Shown piece by piece: positions 38,632 through 47,913 of a stretch of 64,000 nucleotides of DNA. The notes under the pieces were generated by a model. It saw only the letters and a list, made by a program, of their open reading frames with translations, was not told the origin of the DNA and searched no databases. Location of the stretch: assembly GCA_031414595.1 (NCBI GenBank), contig JANNVX010000026.1, positions 1 to 64,000 on the forward strand, in the 5' to 3' direction. This stretch comes from Deinococcales bacterium (GTDB lineage Bacteria > Deinococcota > Deinococci > Deinococcales > JAAFIG01). The stretch's first letter is position 1. Each line of letters starts with the position of its first letter. Position numbers and translations under genes: made by a program.

Positions 38632-39075
38632 TTAGAAGGTGGTGCTGCTGACATCCGCACAAAGTGGTACGACACCCAAGGCAGCTTGCTCATGAACATT
38701 GATGTATGCCCCTAAGTTAGCAATGGTTGTGGCGGTATTGCTGGTGTTGATGAAGGTAGCTTTGCCTGTTGCATCGCTGGTAACAGCTGCGCCATAGTCG
38801 GTGCTGATAGCCCCACCCGAATCGCAGGCTGGTGTTCCGGCTGTACCTTGGTTATGGTAGTGGGCAACATAGGCGGTATTGGCTTTTAAGCCGCTCAGTG
38901 TCAATGTGGTTTTGATGCCACCGCTCGAGATTTTTTCGATGCTGGCAACGCCTGCTTGAGTGGTGTAGCCTGCTTGGGTTCGGGCTGCAAAGTTGACGTT
39001 CTTGACCATCATATTGTTGCAAGCCGCCAAGCTGAGTGCCGAAACTGCTGCCAAAATCAAAAACCGATTTTTCAT
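38632..39075 (-). CDS. SodC-like/CHRD-like lipoprotein
   Basis: Lipobox LAAC; AHYH...C.SGG...YINVHE...C; SD GGAG before ATG 39075. Confidence 0.6.
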   Translation of the reverse strand: MKNRFLILAAVSALSLAACNNMMVKNVNFAARTQAGYTTQAGVASIEKISSGGIKTTLTLSGLKANTAYVAHYHNQGTAGTPACDSGGAISTDYGAAVTSDATGKATFINTSNTATTIANLGAYINVHEQAALGVVPLCADVSSTTF

Positions 39076-39303
39076 AGTAACTCCTTGGAGGTTTTGAAAC
39101 TGAACCTCACTTGGTATACGCAAGTCATAAAGCAAACAGATGTTAAACTCGAGTATAGACTGAAAATACATTGCTCGTGACCATCTTAATCTATTTGTAC
39201 CACTTTTCTTCTTGTTCCCAACAAAGAAAATAGATTTGCATTGTTATTGGCAGTCTTTTTTTGACTTCTCGAGTTAAGCCCATTAGGAGTAGAATAAACC
39301 TTT

Positions 39304-41061
39304 ATGGATGCTCGGGAGCAAATTCGTCAACGGTTGGACATCCGCGAGGTGATTGCGGAGTATGTGGCGTTGAAACCTGCTGGGGCAAACAAATGGAAAG
39401 GCTTATCGCCGTTTAGCAAAGAAAAAACCCCGAGTTTTAATGTGGATGTGGTCAAGCAACTGTGGTTTTGTTTTAGCACCAAACAGGGCGGCACGGTTTT
39501 TGATTTTGTGATGAAAGTCGAGAACATCACTTTTCGCGAAGCCCTCGAAAAACTAGCCGCCAAAGCCGGTGTGACCTTAGAGGCACGTAACCCATCGGAA
39601 GCCAGTAAAAAACGCGATTTATTTGAAGTCAATGCCCTCGCTGCCCAATTTTTTCAGAGCCAACTCGAGAACTCCGAAGCCTTTAGTTACCTCGAGAAGC
39701 GCGGCGTGAATTTGGAAAGCATCAAAACCTTTGGACTTGGTTTTGCGCCAAATGCTTACGATGGACTGCTTAAATTTGCCAAAGCCCGAGGGGTTTCTGA
39801 ACGCGAACTGCTCGAGGCGGGTTTGTTGTCTGAAAACGAAAAAGGCGGCATTTATGACCGCTTTAGAAACCGTCTGATGTTTCCGATTGCTGATTATTTA
39901 GGGCGAATCATTGCCTTTGGCGGACGGGTCTTAGACGACAGCAAACCCAAGTACCTGAACAGCCCAGAAACCGAGGTCTTCAAAAAAGGCGAAACGCTCT
40001 ACGGCTTAAATTTGGCGCGTAAATATATCCAAGAGACGGGCGAAGCTATCGTTGTTGAAGGCTATATGGATGTGCTGATGATGCACCAGTACGGTTTATC
40101 TGGGGCTGTCGCCAGTCTAGGCACTGCCCTGACCCAAGACCACGCCCATTTGCTGGCTCGTCAAGGCGCAAGACGACTGGCAATGATGTTTGATAACGAC
40201 CCAGCCGGACAACGCGCCACGCTATCTGGGCTAGACCAAGAAATTGGTAAACTTTTCTTGGTCAGAGCAGTGCTGCCGCCAAGTGGCAAGGATGCCGCCG
40301 ATATTCTCTTGGCTGGCGGCAAAACCGACCTCGAGAACGCTCTGAACGGCGGGATTTCCGAAGTCGAATTTAGGTTAAACGCGGCAATCGAAAAATACAG
40401 CCCGAACACCCTGGATGGTAAGCGCAACATTTTGCAAATGCTGCTGCCGCGCCTTCGTCCACAACATGTCTTTGACCCTGTGGCGCTCGAGTTACAACGC
40501 CTTGTGATAGACCGTCTGATGCTCGACCAGAAAATGCTCGAGACCTACCTCAATCAAAACCGCCCAAAGCAACTCACGCCGCGTTTAGATGATGTGCAGA
40601 TGCGCGGTATGGCAAGGGGAAACTCTGGCGACGAGTTAAAACTAGCCAAGTTCCTGATTCAAAATCCGGCTTTAATTGCTAAACTCGATGGTGAAGCCGC
40701 CTTTGAAAGCCCCTTAGTTGCCGAAGTGATCAGTGTGGCTCGCACCGCCACCAGCACCGAACAAATTTTAGAGCATTTTAGAGGTCGCCCTGAAGCCAAC
40801 ATTTTACTCGAGGGTTTATTTGTTCCCAACCGCACCACCAATCACTCGTTTATTCCCGGTGAAATGGCATCTGACCGCGTGGAATTTGCGGCGACCGAAA
40901 TTTCCAGCCGCAACCGCGAAGAAAGTCTGCGGCTCGAGTTGGCGGGTCTAAAATCCCAAATCCCTAAAGCCCTGCTCGAGCAGCAAATTGTTTTGGCAAG
41001 GCAATGCAGTGAATTGCAAAAAGCCATCGAAGCCGAACGGCGTTTAAGGATGAGAAACTAA
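39304..41061 (+). CDS. dnaG: DNA primase
   Basis: PF..EKTPSF.V, DRFRNRLMFPI, PKYLNSPET, TOPRIM VVEGYMDV, FD.D.AG. Confidence 0.97.
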   Translation: MDAREQIRQRLDIREVIAEYVALKPAGANKWKGLSPFSKEKTPSFNVDVVKQLWFCFSTKQGGTVFDFVMKVENITFREALEKLAAKAGVTLEARNPSEASKKRDLFEVNALAAQFFQSQLENSEAFSYLEKRGVNLESIKTFGLGFAPNAYDGLLKFAKARGVSERELLEAGLLSENEKGGIYDRFRNRLMFPIADYLGRIIAFGGRVLDDSKPKYLNSPETEVFKKGETLYGLNLARKYIQETGEAIVVEGYMDVLMMHQYGLSGAVASLGTALTQDHAHLLARQGARRLAMMFDNDPAGQRATLSGLDQEIGKLFLVRAVLPPSGKDAADILLAGGKTDLENALNGGISEVEFRLNAAIEKYSPNTLDGKRNILQMLLPRLRPQHVFDPVALELQRLVIDRLMLDQKMLETYLNQNRPKQLTPRLDDVQMRGMARGNSGDELKLAKFLIQNPALIAKLDGEAAFESPLVAEVISVARTATSTEQILEHFRGRPEANILLEGLFVPNRTTNHSFIPGEMASDRVEFAATEISSRNREESLRLELAGLKSQIPKALLEQQIVLARQCSELQKAIEAERRLRMRN

Positions 41062-41128
41062 AGGCTATTTTGAATTGCAGTTATCCAAATAGCACAAACA
41101 CAAGCCAAAAGTCTTTAATATCAAATGT

Positions 41129-42082
41129 ATGAACTTACTGGGTTTTCATCATATTTCGGGTATTACAGGTAAAATCGAGCAAAACCACACTTTTTACACC
41201 AAAACCCTTGGAATGCGCTTGGTCAAAAAAACGGTTAATCAAGACGATACTCGGGCTTATCATTTGTTTTACGCTGACCAGCGCGGCTCACCCGGTTCGG
41301 ATGTGACTTTTTTTGATTGGGCAAATGCGGCAGCAGAAAAATTTGGCAATCACAGTATTTCTCGGACTGGACTGCGTGTGCCATCCAATGAGAGTCTTGA
41401 GTGGTGGGCGCAAAGACTGACCGAGGCTGGTATTAAAACCTCAAAGCCGCAAGAACGCCACAACCGCTTAAGCCTTGATTTCTCGGATTTAGAAGGACAA
41501 CGCTTTAGCCTGATTGCCGACTCGAGCAGCGACAACATTGTGCCTTGGCTAAAAGCTGTGCCAGCCGAACATGCGATTCGAGGACTTGGTGCGGTGATGC
41601 TGACCGTACCGCAAGAAAAACCAACCGCCGAAGTCTTGACCAAAGTCATGAACATGACCAAAGTTGCCGAGTACGCCTCAGCAAACAACCAAACACATCA
41701 TGTCAGTGTCTACCAAATGACCCAAGGCAACAGCAGCACCGAACTTCACCTCGAGATTCGCCCAGACCTGCCCCCAGCCCGAAGCGGCGCGGGTGGAATG
41801 CACCATCTGGCTTTTCGTGTACCTAACGCCCAAGCCCATGCAGCCTGGATCGAGCGCTTAAGCCAATTTGGTATTCGGCACTCTGGCTTAATAGACCGCT
41901 ATTATTTTAAGGCAGCCTATTTTCGTGAACCCAACGGGATTTTATTTGAAATCAGCACCGACGACCCCGGGTTTGCCACCGATGAAACCGAAGACACCCT
42001 AGGGACACGCCTTGCCTTACCACCATTTCTCGAGAACAAGCGCGAAAGCATCGAAAAGTATTTGAAACCGCTTGAGTTCTAA
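41129..42082 (+). CDS. Ring-cleaving dioxygenase (VOC family)
   Basis: HHIS, LVKKTVNQDD..YHLFY, HHLAFR, DRYYF...YFREP.GILFE. Confidence 0.9.
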   Translation: MNLLGFHHISGITGKIEQNHTFYTKTLGMRLVKKTVNQDDTRAYHLFYADQRGSPGSDVTFFDWANAAAEKFGNHSISRTGLRVPSNESLEWWAQRLTEAGIKTSKPQERHNRLSLDFSDLEGQRFSLIADSSSDNIVPWLKAVPAEHAIRGLGAVMLTVPQEKPTAEVLTKVMNMTKVAEYASANNQTHHVSVYQMTQGNSSTELHLEIRPDLPPARSGAGGMHHLAFRVPNAQAHAAWIERLSQFGIRHSGLIDRYYFKAAYFREPNGILFEISTDDPGFATDETEDTLGTRLALPPFLENKRESIEKYLKPLEF

Positions 42083-42124
42083 AGGTCTTAGCAAAGCCAT
42101 CAATGTCTGAGTAGAATGTCAGAC

Positions 42125-42859
42125 ATGGAATTAAATGCAGTCTTACAACTTCTTGACCAGCGCAAAGCGCGGTTAGATAAGTTGCGTCCGTTGCCACTGG
42201 CTTTGCTGAATAATTTGCGAGAAGAACTCAATTTGCGTTGGACATACCATTCTAATGCCATCGAGGGGAACACCTTAACCTTACTTGAAACCAAAGTTGT
42301 TCTCGAAGGAATCACGGTTGGTGGGAAATTATTGCGTGAGCATTTTGAAGCGATCAATCACCGCGATGCGATTTTACTGCTCGAGGAAATTGTGCGCCAA
42401 GAAGCCCCTTTTTCGGAATGGCAAATTCGCAGCTTACATCAGTTAATTCTTAAAAACATTGATGACGATAATGCTGGACGTTACCGAACAATCAATGTAC
42501 GAATTGTTGGTGCAAAGCATGTGCCACCCGAGGCTGTCTTGGTAGCTCAGCAAATGACCGATTTGATTGGGTGGTATCAACAAACCATGCACCCAATAGA
42601 ACGGGCTGCCCGATTGCACACACTTTTTGTCGGAATTCATCCGTTTACCGATGGTAATGGCAGAACGGCTCGTTTGCTGGTCAATCTCGAGCTACTCAAA
42701 AACGGGTTTCCCAGTGTGGTTGTGCCTGTCGAAAAGCGCCTTGCCTATTATCAGATGCTTGATACGGCGCACACTTTAGGCGACGATAAGCCGTTTATTG
42801 GTTTGGTGGCTGAATTGGTGGGCGAAAGTTTGACTTTGTACGAACGTGCTTTGGGTTAA
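42125..42859 (+). CDS. Fic-domain protein (class II, N-terminal inhibitory motif)
   Basis: HPFTDGNGRTAR catalytic motif; SNAIEGN inhibitory motif. Confidence 0.92.
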   Translation: MELNAVLQLLDQRKARLDKLRPLPLALLNNLREELNLRWTYHSNAIEGNTLTLLETKVVLEGITVGGKLLREHFEAINHRDAILLLEEIVRQEAPFSEWQIRSLHQLILKNIDDDNAGRYRTINVRIVGAKHVPPEAVLVAQQMTDLIGWYQQTMHPIERAARLHTLFVGIHPFTDGNGRTARLLVNLELLKNGFPSVVVPVEKRLAYYQMLDTAHTLGDDKPFIGLVAELVGESLTLYERALG

Positions 42860-42892
42860 TTGTTGTTATGAAAATACGGTAGATTCACCACC

Positions 42893-43891
42893 ATGAAAGT
42901 GATTGCCACACTTGGGGCTTTACATGCCACTGCCCCGCTTTATAACGCCCAAACAATTCTCGAGATACTGGCTTTTTTAGGAGCAAAAAAAGTTTTACTC
43001 GCCGATGTAACCCACGAATCATGGACAAGTGGTGCTTGGCGTGAATCAGATGACCCTGTGCTTTTTGCCCTCGAGGATGCCCGAATGAACTGTTTGGGTA
43101 TTTCCCCTGATTGGGATTGGGCTGTGGCTGAACAGCAAAAAATGCTTGAATTCCTAAAGCAATTCCCGCAAGGTCAGCAGCGTTTAGCCCAATTTAACAC
43201 TGCCGAGCGCGACTTAAAAACAGCTGTTTCTGTGCCTTTAGATGCCACAACCGTGCATGGCAGTTTGCTCGAGGTGGTTCGGGCGCATCATCTACAGGTC
43301 GCCCAAATTCTTGAAGAAGGTCCTGGTACGGCGCATCGTTTGCAGCGCTTGCAAAAAATTAAAGCCAGTCTTGAGGCTGTTAGTCTCCAGCCAGACACGG
43401 TTTTGCTGGCGGCACTTGATGATCTTCCCGCACTTTTAGAACTTGGTTTTGAACTACCAGACCTAAGGCACTTTAACCCGAGTGAAGCCAGTCGTTTTAG
43501 GGCAATTATAGACAGGGCGTACCGCCTCGAGGAGCATGATGACTTAGACGCTTTAGTGCATCAGTTGCTGGCGTTGGATGCCCCCGCAGACACAGTTTTG
43601 GCACGCTTAGCACTTGAGGCACGGTTTGCTGCCAGTGGGTTGTACTTGGCAGTTGGGGATTGGGCAAGCGCCAGAGATTTACTCGAGGCGGTATCCCAAG
43701 GGCAATTTGAACGCCCAAGTTACTTGGCAGGGTTTGTTTTGGCGCGGCTTGGGCAGGTGCGGGATTTAATGCTAGAACGTGACCGAGCAAAACGGGCATA
43801 TACGGCTGCCTTGGCATTGGCGTTTTGTCCGCTCGAGGCTCGAGAAGTGGCGCAGCAGGGTTTGCGTCTGGCTTTTGTCTTAGAGCAGTAA
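42893..43891 (+). CDS. Hypothetical protein with C-terminal TPR-like helices
   Basis: Long ORF with host-like composition; leaderless TAGATT box. Confidence 0.6.
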   Translation: MKVIATLGALHATAPLYNAQTILEILAFLGAKKVLLADVTHESWTSGAWRESDDPVLFALEDARMNCLGISPDWDWAVAEQQKMLEFLKQFPQGQQRLAQFNTAERDLKTAVSVPLDATTVHGSLLEVVRAHHLQVAQILEEGPGTAHRLQRLQKIKASLEAVSLQPDTVLLAALDDLPALLELGFELPDLRHFNPSEASRFRAIIDRAYRLEEHDDLDALVHQLLALDAPADTVLARLALEARFAASGLYLAVGDWASARDLLEAVSQGQFERPSYLAGFVLARLGQVRDLMLERDRAKRAYTAALALAFCPLEAREVAQQGLRLAFVLEQ

Positions 43892-43948
43892 TATTTTTGT
43901 CTTGCAAAAATCTCTGGCAACAACCAGAGAAATACGCCATTTATATGA

Positions 43949-43977
43949 TTGACTTATCTTCAAAGTGCATATATGCT
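43949..43977 (+). promoter_or_regulatory. Sigma-70 promoter with palindromic operator (candidate NrtR site)
   Basis: TTGACT-17-TATGCT; palindrome GCATATATGC (43967-43976) overlaps the -10 box. Confidence 0.55.
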
Positions 43978-43997
43978 AATTGCAGCTAAGGAGCAGC

Positions 43998-44660
43998 GTG
44001 AAAAGAACTAAAACAGCCGAAACAATTTTTCTCGAGCAGTACAACCCTGCCGAATTTGATCGCCCTAGCGTAACCGTAGACATTGCTATTCTGACCGTCA
44101 GACAAAAACAACTCGAGGTTGTGACTGTCAAACGCAGCGAACACCCATTTTTAGGTTACTCAGCCCTGCCCGGAGGATTTGTCGGCATTCTTGAGAGCCT
44201 TGATGATGCGGCGGCTCGAGTCCTCAAAAGCAAAGCAAACCTAGAAAACGTCTACCTCGAGCAGCTATTTACTTTTGGACACCCAGACCGCGACCCAAGA
44301 ATGCGAATCATCAGTGTTGCCTATTACGCCCTTGTACCACCCGCCCAACTCGAGCAGATTCAAACCCAAAAGGTTGAAAATTTACAACTTGCTTTTGACC
44401 ACAACAGTATTCTTCAGACTGCTTTAAGCCGCATCCAAGGCAAACTCGAATACGCGGCTATCGGTACAAGTTTACTCCCCAAGAAATTCACCTTACGCGA
44501 ACTGCAAGATGTTCACGAAACAATACTGGGAAAATCCTTAAACAAAGACGCATTCAGACGAAAAATTTTAAGTACAGGACAACTCGAGCCAACTGGCATT
44601 CTCGAGACGGGGCAGGGATTTCGACCCGCCGAGTATTACCAAGTTTTAGAAAGGAAATAG
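43998..44660 (+). CDS. nrtR: NrtR family regulator (Nudix + wHTH)
   Basis: PSVTVD, ALPGGFV, YLEQLFTFG.PDRDPR, LAFDH, FTL.ELQ..HE.ILG, FRRK; SD AAGGAG. Confidence 0.9.
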   Translation: MKRTKTAETIFLEQYNPAEFDRPSVTVDIAILTVRQKQLEVVTVKRSEHPFLGYSALPGGFVGILESLDDAAARVLKSKANLENVYLEQLFTFGHPDRDPRMRIISVAYYALVPPAQLEQIQTQKVENLQLAFDHNSILQTALSRIQGKLEYAAIGTSLLPKKFTLRELQDVHETILGKSLNKDAFRRKILSTGQLEPTGILETGQGFRPAEYYQVLERK

Positions 44661-44662
44661 GT

Positions 44663-45118
44663 ATGTCAATACTATTTTATGGAACAAAGGAAGTGCCTTA
44701 CGGATGTTTTAGTAATTTTAGCGCTCACCCATTCACTCTCGAGAACAACCAGTGGCAGACTTCAGAGCATTATTTCCAAGCCATGAAATTCTTGCCTGAT
44801 TGGGGGCATGTTCGGGCGATTCGGGATATGAAAAGCCCCATGCAAGCCGCTAAAGCAGGACGCTCGAGGGCAAGACCATTACGCGAAGATTGGGAAGAAG
44901 TCAAAGACGATGTGATGCGAAAAGCGGTACTGGCAAAGTTTAGACAACACCCAGAGATTGCTTTGGTTCTGCTCGAGACGGGCAACGAAGAACTGATTGA
45001 AAACACCACCCATGACCATTACTGGGGTTGCGGCTCGAGTGGCACAGGCAAGAACATGCTGGGGATTATTTTGATGGAAACTCGAGAGATTCTGCGTACT
45101 GAAATGGAGGCAACATGA
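44663..45118 (+). CDS. NADAR (YbiA-like) hydrolase
   Basis: FSNF, TSEHYFQAMKF, LR.DWE.VK, KF.QH, YWG.G..G.G.N.LG. Confidence 0.92.
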   Translation: MSILFYGTKEVPYGCFSNFSAHPFTLENNQWQTSEHYFQAMKFLPDWGHVRAIRDMKSPMQAAKAGRSRARPLREDWEEVKDDVMRKAVLAKFRQHPEIALVLLETGNEELIENTTHDHYWGCGSSGTGKNMLGIILMETREILRTEMEAT

Positions 45119-45510
45119 TTCTATTCCGACCTGTAGGACTACAAGAATTACAGTTAATCGCAAAAACTGATTTTCGAGCTTTCCCGCCACGTTTGCCAGA
45201 CCAACCTATTTTTTATCCTGTGCTGAACTTTGAATACGCTCGGCAAATAGCCGAAGGCTGGAACACCAAACACAACAATCCGCCCTGTGGTTTTGTGACT
45301 CGCTTTGAAGTACAAGACGAGTACATCAAGCAATTTGAAGTGCAAATTGTGGGTTCAAAAGAAAATGCTGAACTTTGGATTCCAGCCGAAGAACTCGAGG
45401 AATTTAATGCCAAAATCATCGAACAGATTACGATTGAAGCCGCATATTACGGTATTGGGTTTAGTGGTGAGATTGACCAAAAAACCAATTTACCACTAGG
45501 GATTTTATGA
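45115..45510 (+). CDS. Conserved small protein, possible ADP-ribosyltransferase-like fold
   Basis: LFRPVG..EL, FPPRLP.QPIFYPVLN..YA.QIA..WN, ELWIPAEEL.EFN; the fold assignment is inference. Confidence 0.6.
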   Translation: MILFRPVGLQELQLIAKTDFRAFPPRLPDQPIFYPVLNFEYARQIAEGWNTKHNNPPCGFVTRFEVQDEYIKQFEVQIVGSKENAELWIPAEELEEFNAKIIEQITIEAAYYGIGFSGEIDQKTNLPLGIL

Positions 45511-45863
45511 ATCCACCATCTGTATGGATAGTCAATCTTTTGGTTGTTGCCACTCGAAAAGTTGATTCTCAACCACAACCCGGAATTGTTGAAGTAACTG
45601 TATTTGATGCGTATGGTACTCAGTGGCAGTTTATTGATAAATACCCAATTTTTGGACTTTGTTATGAAATAGATACGTTACTTTTTCCTCGTGCTGCTCT
45701 ATTACCATGTCAAGTTTTAGAAGTGAAACCCGAACAAAATTTAGTCTTGGTTGGTACAGCTAATCCTTATCAAATCTATTCAACAAATGATGAACCTGCT
45801 GTTTTCTGGGTGTATGAAGATCAACTTTCACCTAGGTCGGAAATCTATTTTGCCAATTTTTAA
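45507..45863 (+). CDS. Hypothetical protein (AT-rich)
   Basis: Translationally coupled (ATGA overlap) within the operon. Confidence 0.6.
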   Translation: MNPPSVWIVNLLVVATRKVDSQPQPGIVEVTVFDAYGTQWQFIDKYPIFGLCYEIDTLLFPRAALLPCQVLEVKPEQNLVLVGTANPYQIYSTNDEPAVFWVYEDQLSPRSEIYFANF

Positions 45864-45879
45864 GGAGATAGTTCAATCT

Positions 45880-46326
45880 ATGAAATACATTCAATGCCCT
45901 ACCGAAGCTACCCCGCAACCGCTCGAGAAATCGCTTTTTTTAGCTGGCGGAATTTCAAATTGCCCCGATTGGCAAAGCGAACTGACCACCATACTCGAGA
46001 ACACCGATTGGCTGATTATCAATCCGCGCCGCGCAGATTTTGACATCACGAACCCGAATATGACCGAAGAACAAATTCTTTGGGAGCATCGGCATTTGCG
46101 GCTGGCTTCTGCCATTGCTTTTTGGTTTCCGCCTGAAACACTTTGTCCGATTACGCTGTATGAACTTGGTACGTGGAGTGCAAGCAGCAAACCACTTTTT
46201 ATTGGTGTTGACCCAAATTACACGCGCCGCTTGGATGTGCAAATTCAAACCCGCTTGGTTCGCCCGGAAGTCCCGATTCTCGAGTCACTCGAAGATTTAG
46301 CACAGGCTTTACAAGGAGGATTATGA
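45880..46326 (+). CDS. Nucleoside 2-deoxyribosyltransferase-like protein
   Basis: FLAGGI..CPDWQ, NPRR, QI.WE, CPITLYELG. Confidence 0.85.
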   Translation: MKYIQCPTEATPQPLEKSLFLAGGISNCPDWQSELTTILENTDWLIINPRRADFDITNPNMTEEQILWEHRHLRLASAIAFWFPPETLCPITLYELGTWSASSKPLFIGVDPNYTRRLDVQIQTRLVRPEVPILESLEDLAQALQGGL

Positions 46327-46919
46327 ACATTTTTGGTCTCGAGATTCCGCTCTGGGTGTTTGATTGGGCTGGTTCGGCTTGCGTGATTTTTTCGCTGGTG
46401 TTCTTATTTTCTAAGTCCATTGCGTATTGGCATTGGAGCAACGCAAGTTTAATCCCGTATTTTGTGCTTTTTATGGTTGGTGGACAGTGGATGCTGGCAG
46501 GTTTGCAAGTTTCATACCTGATTTTTGGGATTCATGGCTTGTACCTTTGGATTCTCGAGGCTCGGCGCGATAAGGGCGAAATTAAGTTTAACGAGCCTGT
46601 TTGGTACAGTGTGACTTGGGTGGCAAGTATCGCTGTTTTTATTTACACCGTTCTGGTCACGGATTTTGTTTCTGATGCGTGGAATTGGGTGCAGTTTATT
46701 GGCGTGAGCCTTGCCTTAATTGCCAATTTTGGGACGACTCGAAAATGGGCTTGGAGTTGGGGCGTGTGGATTGCCGTCAATGCAGTCATGGCAATTTATT
46801 TTGCACATCTTGGTTTGTGGGCGCAATTTGGCTTGCAGTTTGTGTTGGCGGGTATGAGTGTTTATGGGTATCTCGAGTGGACAAAAACCAAGGTTTCCGA
46901 GGTTGCAAAAAGTGTTTAA
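46323..46919 (+). CDS. pnuC: PnuC-family nicotinamide riboside transporter
   Basis: Multi-TM protein with W..W...N and YG..W patterns; adjacent to nadR. Confidence 0.75.
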   Translation: MNIFGLEIPLWVFDWAGSACVIFSLVFLFSKSIAYWHWSNASLIPYFVLFMVGGQWMLAGLQVSYLIFGIHGLYLWILEARRDKGEIKFNEPVWYSVTWVASIAVFIYTVLVTDFVSDAWNWVQFIGVSLALIANFGTTRKWAWSWGVWIAVNAVMAIYFAHLGLWAQFGLQFVLAGMSVYGYLEWTKTKVSEVAKSV

Positions 46920-47913
46920 GACTGGCTTGGTGGTTGGGAAATTCGCACCTCTGCATAAGGGGCATGAACTTGTGATTAAAACCGCTTTGAGGCAGTGCGA
47001 AACTGTGATTGTGCTGGTGTACAGCAATCCAGATTTTTCTTGGATGCCCTCCGTTACTCGAGCCAAATGGGTGAAAGAATTATTTCCTCAAGCTCGAGTT
47101 TATGCCCCAGAAAACCCACCACTGAACCAAGCCGACGATTTAACCCAGCGCGAATTTGTAAAGTCTTGGCTTGACGGCAATAACTTTGTACCCGATGCCA
47201 TTTTTGGTTCAGATGATTACCTTGAAGGGTTCGCAGCCCATATTGCGGCAGTGCCAATTAAAGTGGATGCAACTCGAGATGCCCAACCAATTTCTGGTAC
47301 AAAGTTACGTGAAGCCATGCAGAACAAAGAAATTACAGCTTTCAAACCGTTTGTCTCGAGTCTGGTGTACTCTCACCTCGAGTTTTGGGCAGCGCCAATC
47401 CAAAAAGTGGTTTTTCTTGGCGCAGAAAGCACAGGCAAAAGCACATTGACGGCACGAATGGCGCTCGAGTACCAGACCAGTTTTGTGGCAGAATTTGGAC
47501 GTGAAATCTGGGAAGCGAAAAACGGGCAACTGGCGTTAGAAGATTATGTCTTTATCGCCAAGCATCACCTTGAACTCGAGGATACAGCTTTACTCGAGGC
47601 AAACCAATACTTATTTGTGGATACCAACGCCATCACCACGATGTTTCTTGGCTACGCTTATGAAGGTCGTGGTTTGCCTGAACTGACCGAACTGGCTCGA
47701 GTTGCCAAGTCTCGGTATCACCATGTTTTTTTATGCAGCGATGACATTCCTTTTAGCCAAGATGGTTGGCGCGACGATGCTGTGTGGCGCTCGAGGGCGC
47801 AGGGCATGGTGCGCTATGACCTCGCTGTGCGTGAAATTGCCTACACTGAGCTTCTTGGGGATTTAGAAGCGCGTGTTGCCCAAGTCAGAGCCATTCTCGA
47901 GTCTGGTGCTTAA
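46912..47913 (+). CDS. nadR: NadR-like NMN adenylyltransferase / ribosylnicotinamide kinase
   Basis: GKFAPLHKGH (HxGH), GAESTGKST P-loop, E.GRE, DTN, QDG.R. Confidence 0.88.
   Translation: MFKTGLVVGKFAPLHKGHELVIKTALRQCETVIVLVYSNPDFSWMPSVTRAKWVKELFPQARVYAPENPPLNQADDLTQREFVKSWLDGNNFVPDAIFGSDDYLEGFAAHIAAVPIKVDATRDAQPISGTKLREAMQNKEITAFKPFVSSLVYSHLEFWAAPIQKVVFLGAESTGKSTLTARMALEYQTSFVAEFGREIWEAKNGQLALEDYVFIAKHHLELEDTALLEANQYLFVDTNAITTMFLGYAYEGRGLPELTELARVAKSRYHHVFLCSDDIPFSQDGWRDDAVWRSRAQGMVRYDLAVREIAYTELLGDLEARVAQVRAILESGA

Noticed and set aside
42125-42859. Fic gene as a novel toxin
   Set aside because: Ordinary class II Fic protein with its own inhibitory motif.
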